The notes beneath the pieces were generated by a model. It was not told the DNA's origin. It worked only from the letters and a program-made list of their open reading frames with translations, and did not search any database. The translations under genes and the position numbers were made by a program. A DNA stretch of 62,517 nt, the filler included, from Piptocephalis cylindrospora (taxonomy: Eukaryota), in NCBI GenBank assembly GCA_003614145.1. It is 9 parts of 9 records of this genome, joined end to end, with 100 filler letters (N's around TTAATTAATTAA, not from the genome) between each part and the next. Parts side by side here need not be neighbours in the genome. Positions count along the whole stretch, not along the records: positions 55,732 to 62,517 come from KZ988253.1; 8 more parts are not named here. One strand, given 5' to 3'. Shown in pieces: positions 62,465 through 62,517 of this stretch (the first letter of the stretch is position 1; every line of letters begins with the position of its first letter).

Positions 62465-62517
62465 TCCCCTATAGCTGATTGCAAGCACCCGGCGGTCTAA
62501 ACGGCCGTGGAGTTGAC
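62465..62517. repeat. 53-bp direct duplicate of the RPN11 3' end (58690..58742)
   Basis: tcccctatagctgattgcaagcacccggcggtctaaa[a/c]ggccgtggagttgac, one mismatch, runs to the window end. Confidence 0.9.

Noticed and set aside
1..62517. Apparent functional clusters (peroxisome: PEX26/PEX22/ACSL; lipid: LCB2/SVF1/PPT1; chitin: GNA1/CHS)
   Set aside because: The genes lie on different contigs joined by artificial linkers, so co-occurrence is a product of size sorting

Overview
Eukaryotic, gene-dense fungal DNA with short GT-AG introns; the gene content and style suggest an early-diverging fungus, possibly Zoopagomycota/Mucoromycota-like (inference). The window is not one locus. Nine contigs of ~6.8-6.9 kb, in strictly decreasing length, are joined by eight artificial 100-bp linkers (N44-TTAATTAATTAA-N44), so no synteny holds across linkers. 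Most genes are housekeeping: Svf1, Mip1/POLG, EMC2, Pex26, Chl1, PPT1, Tls1/C9orf78, Lcb2, Ndc1, Gna1, eEF1B-gamma, Med1, chitin synthase, Pex22, two PTS1-bearing acyl-CoA synthetases, a Rab, TrpRS and Rpn11. The most notable items are: (1) an intronless minimal SET-domain methyltransferase with a signal peptide, a candidate fungal nucleomodulin effector; (2) two small secreted repeat proteins (Tyr-Pro hexapeptide repeats; Kex2-processed EEEEEERLVKR repeats); (3) an snR38-like C/D snoRNA in the eEF1B-gamma intron, as in yeast TEF4; (4) two pseudogenes (an SDR and a probable processive GT2) whose lesions look like C>T/G>A transitions; (5) a 98-bp, 96%-identical inverted repeat upstream of a LaeA-like methyltransferase. 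All family calls come from motif recognition by eye; no searches were run.
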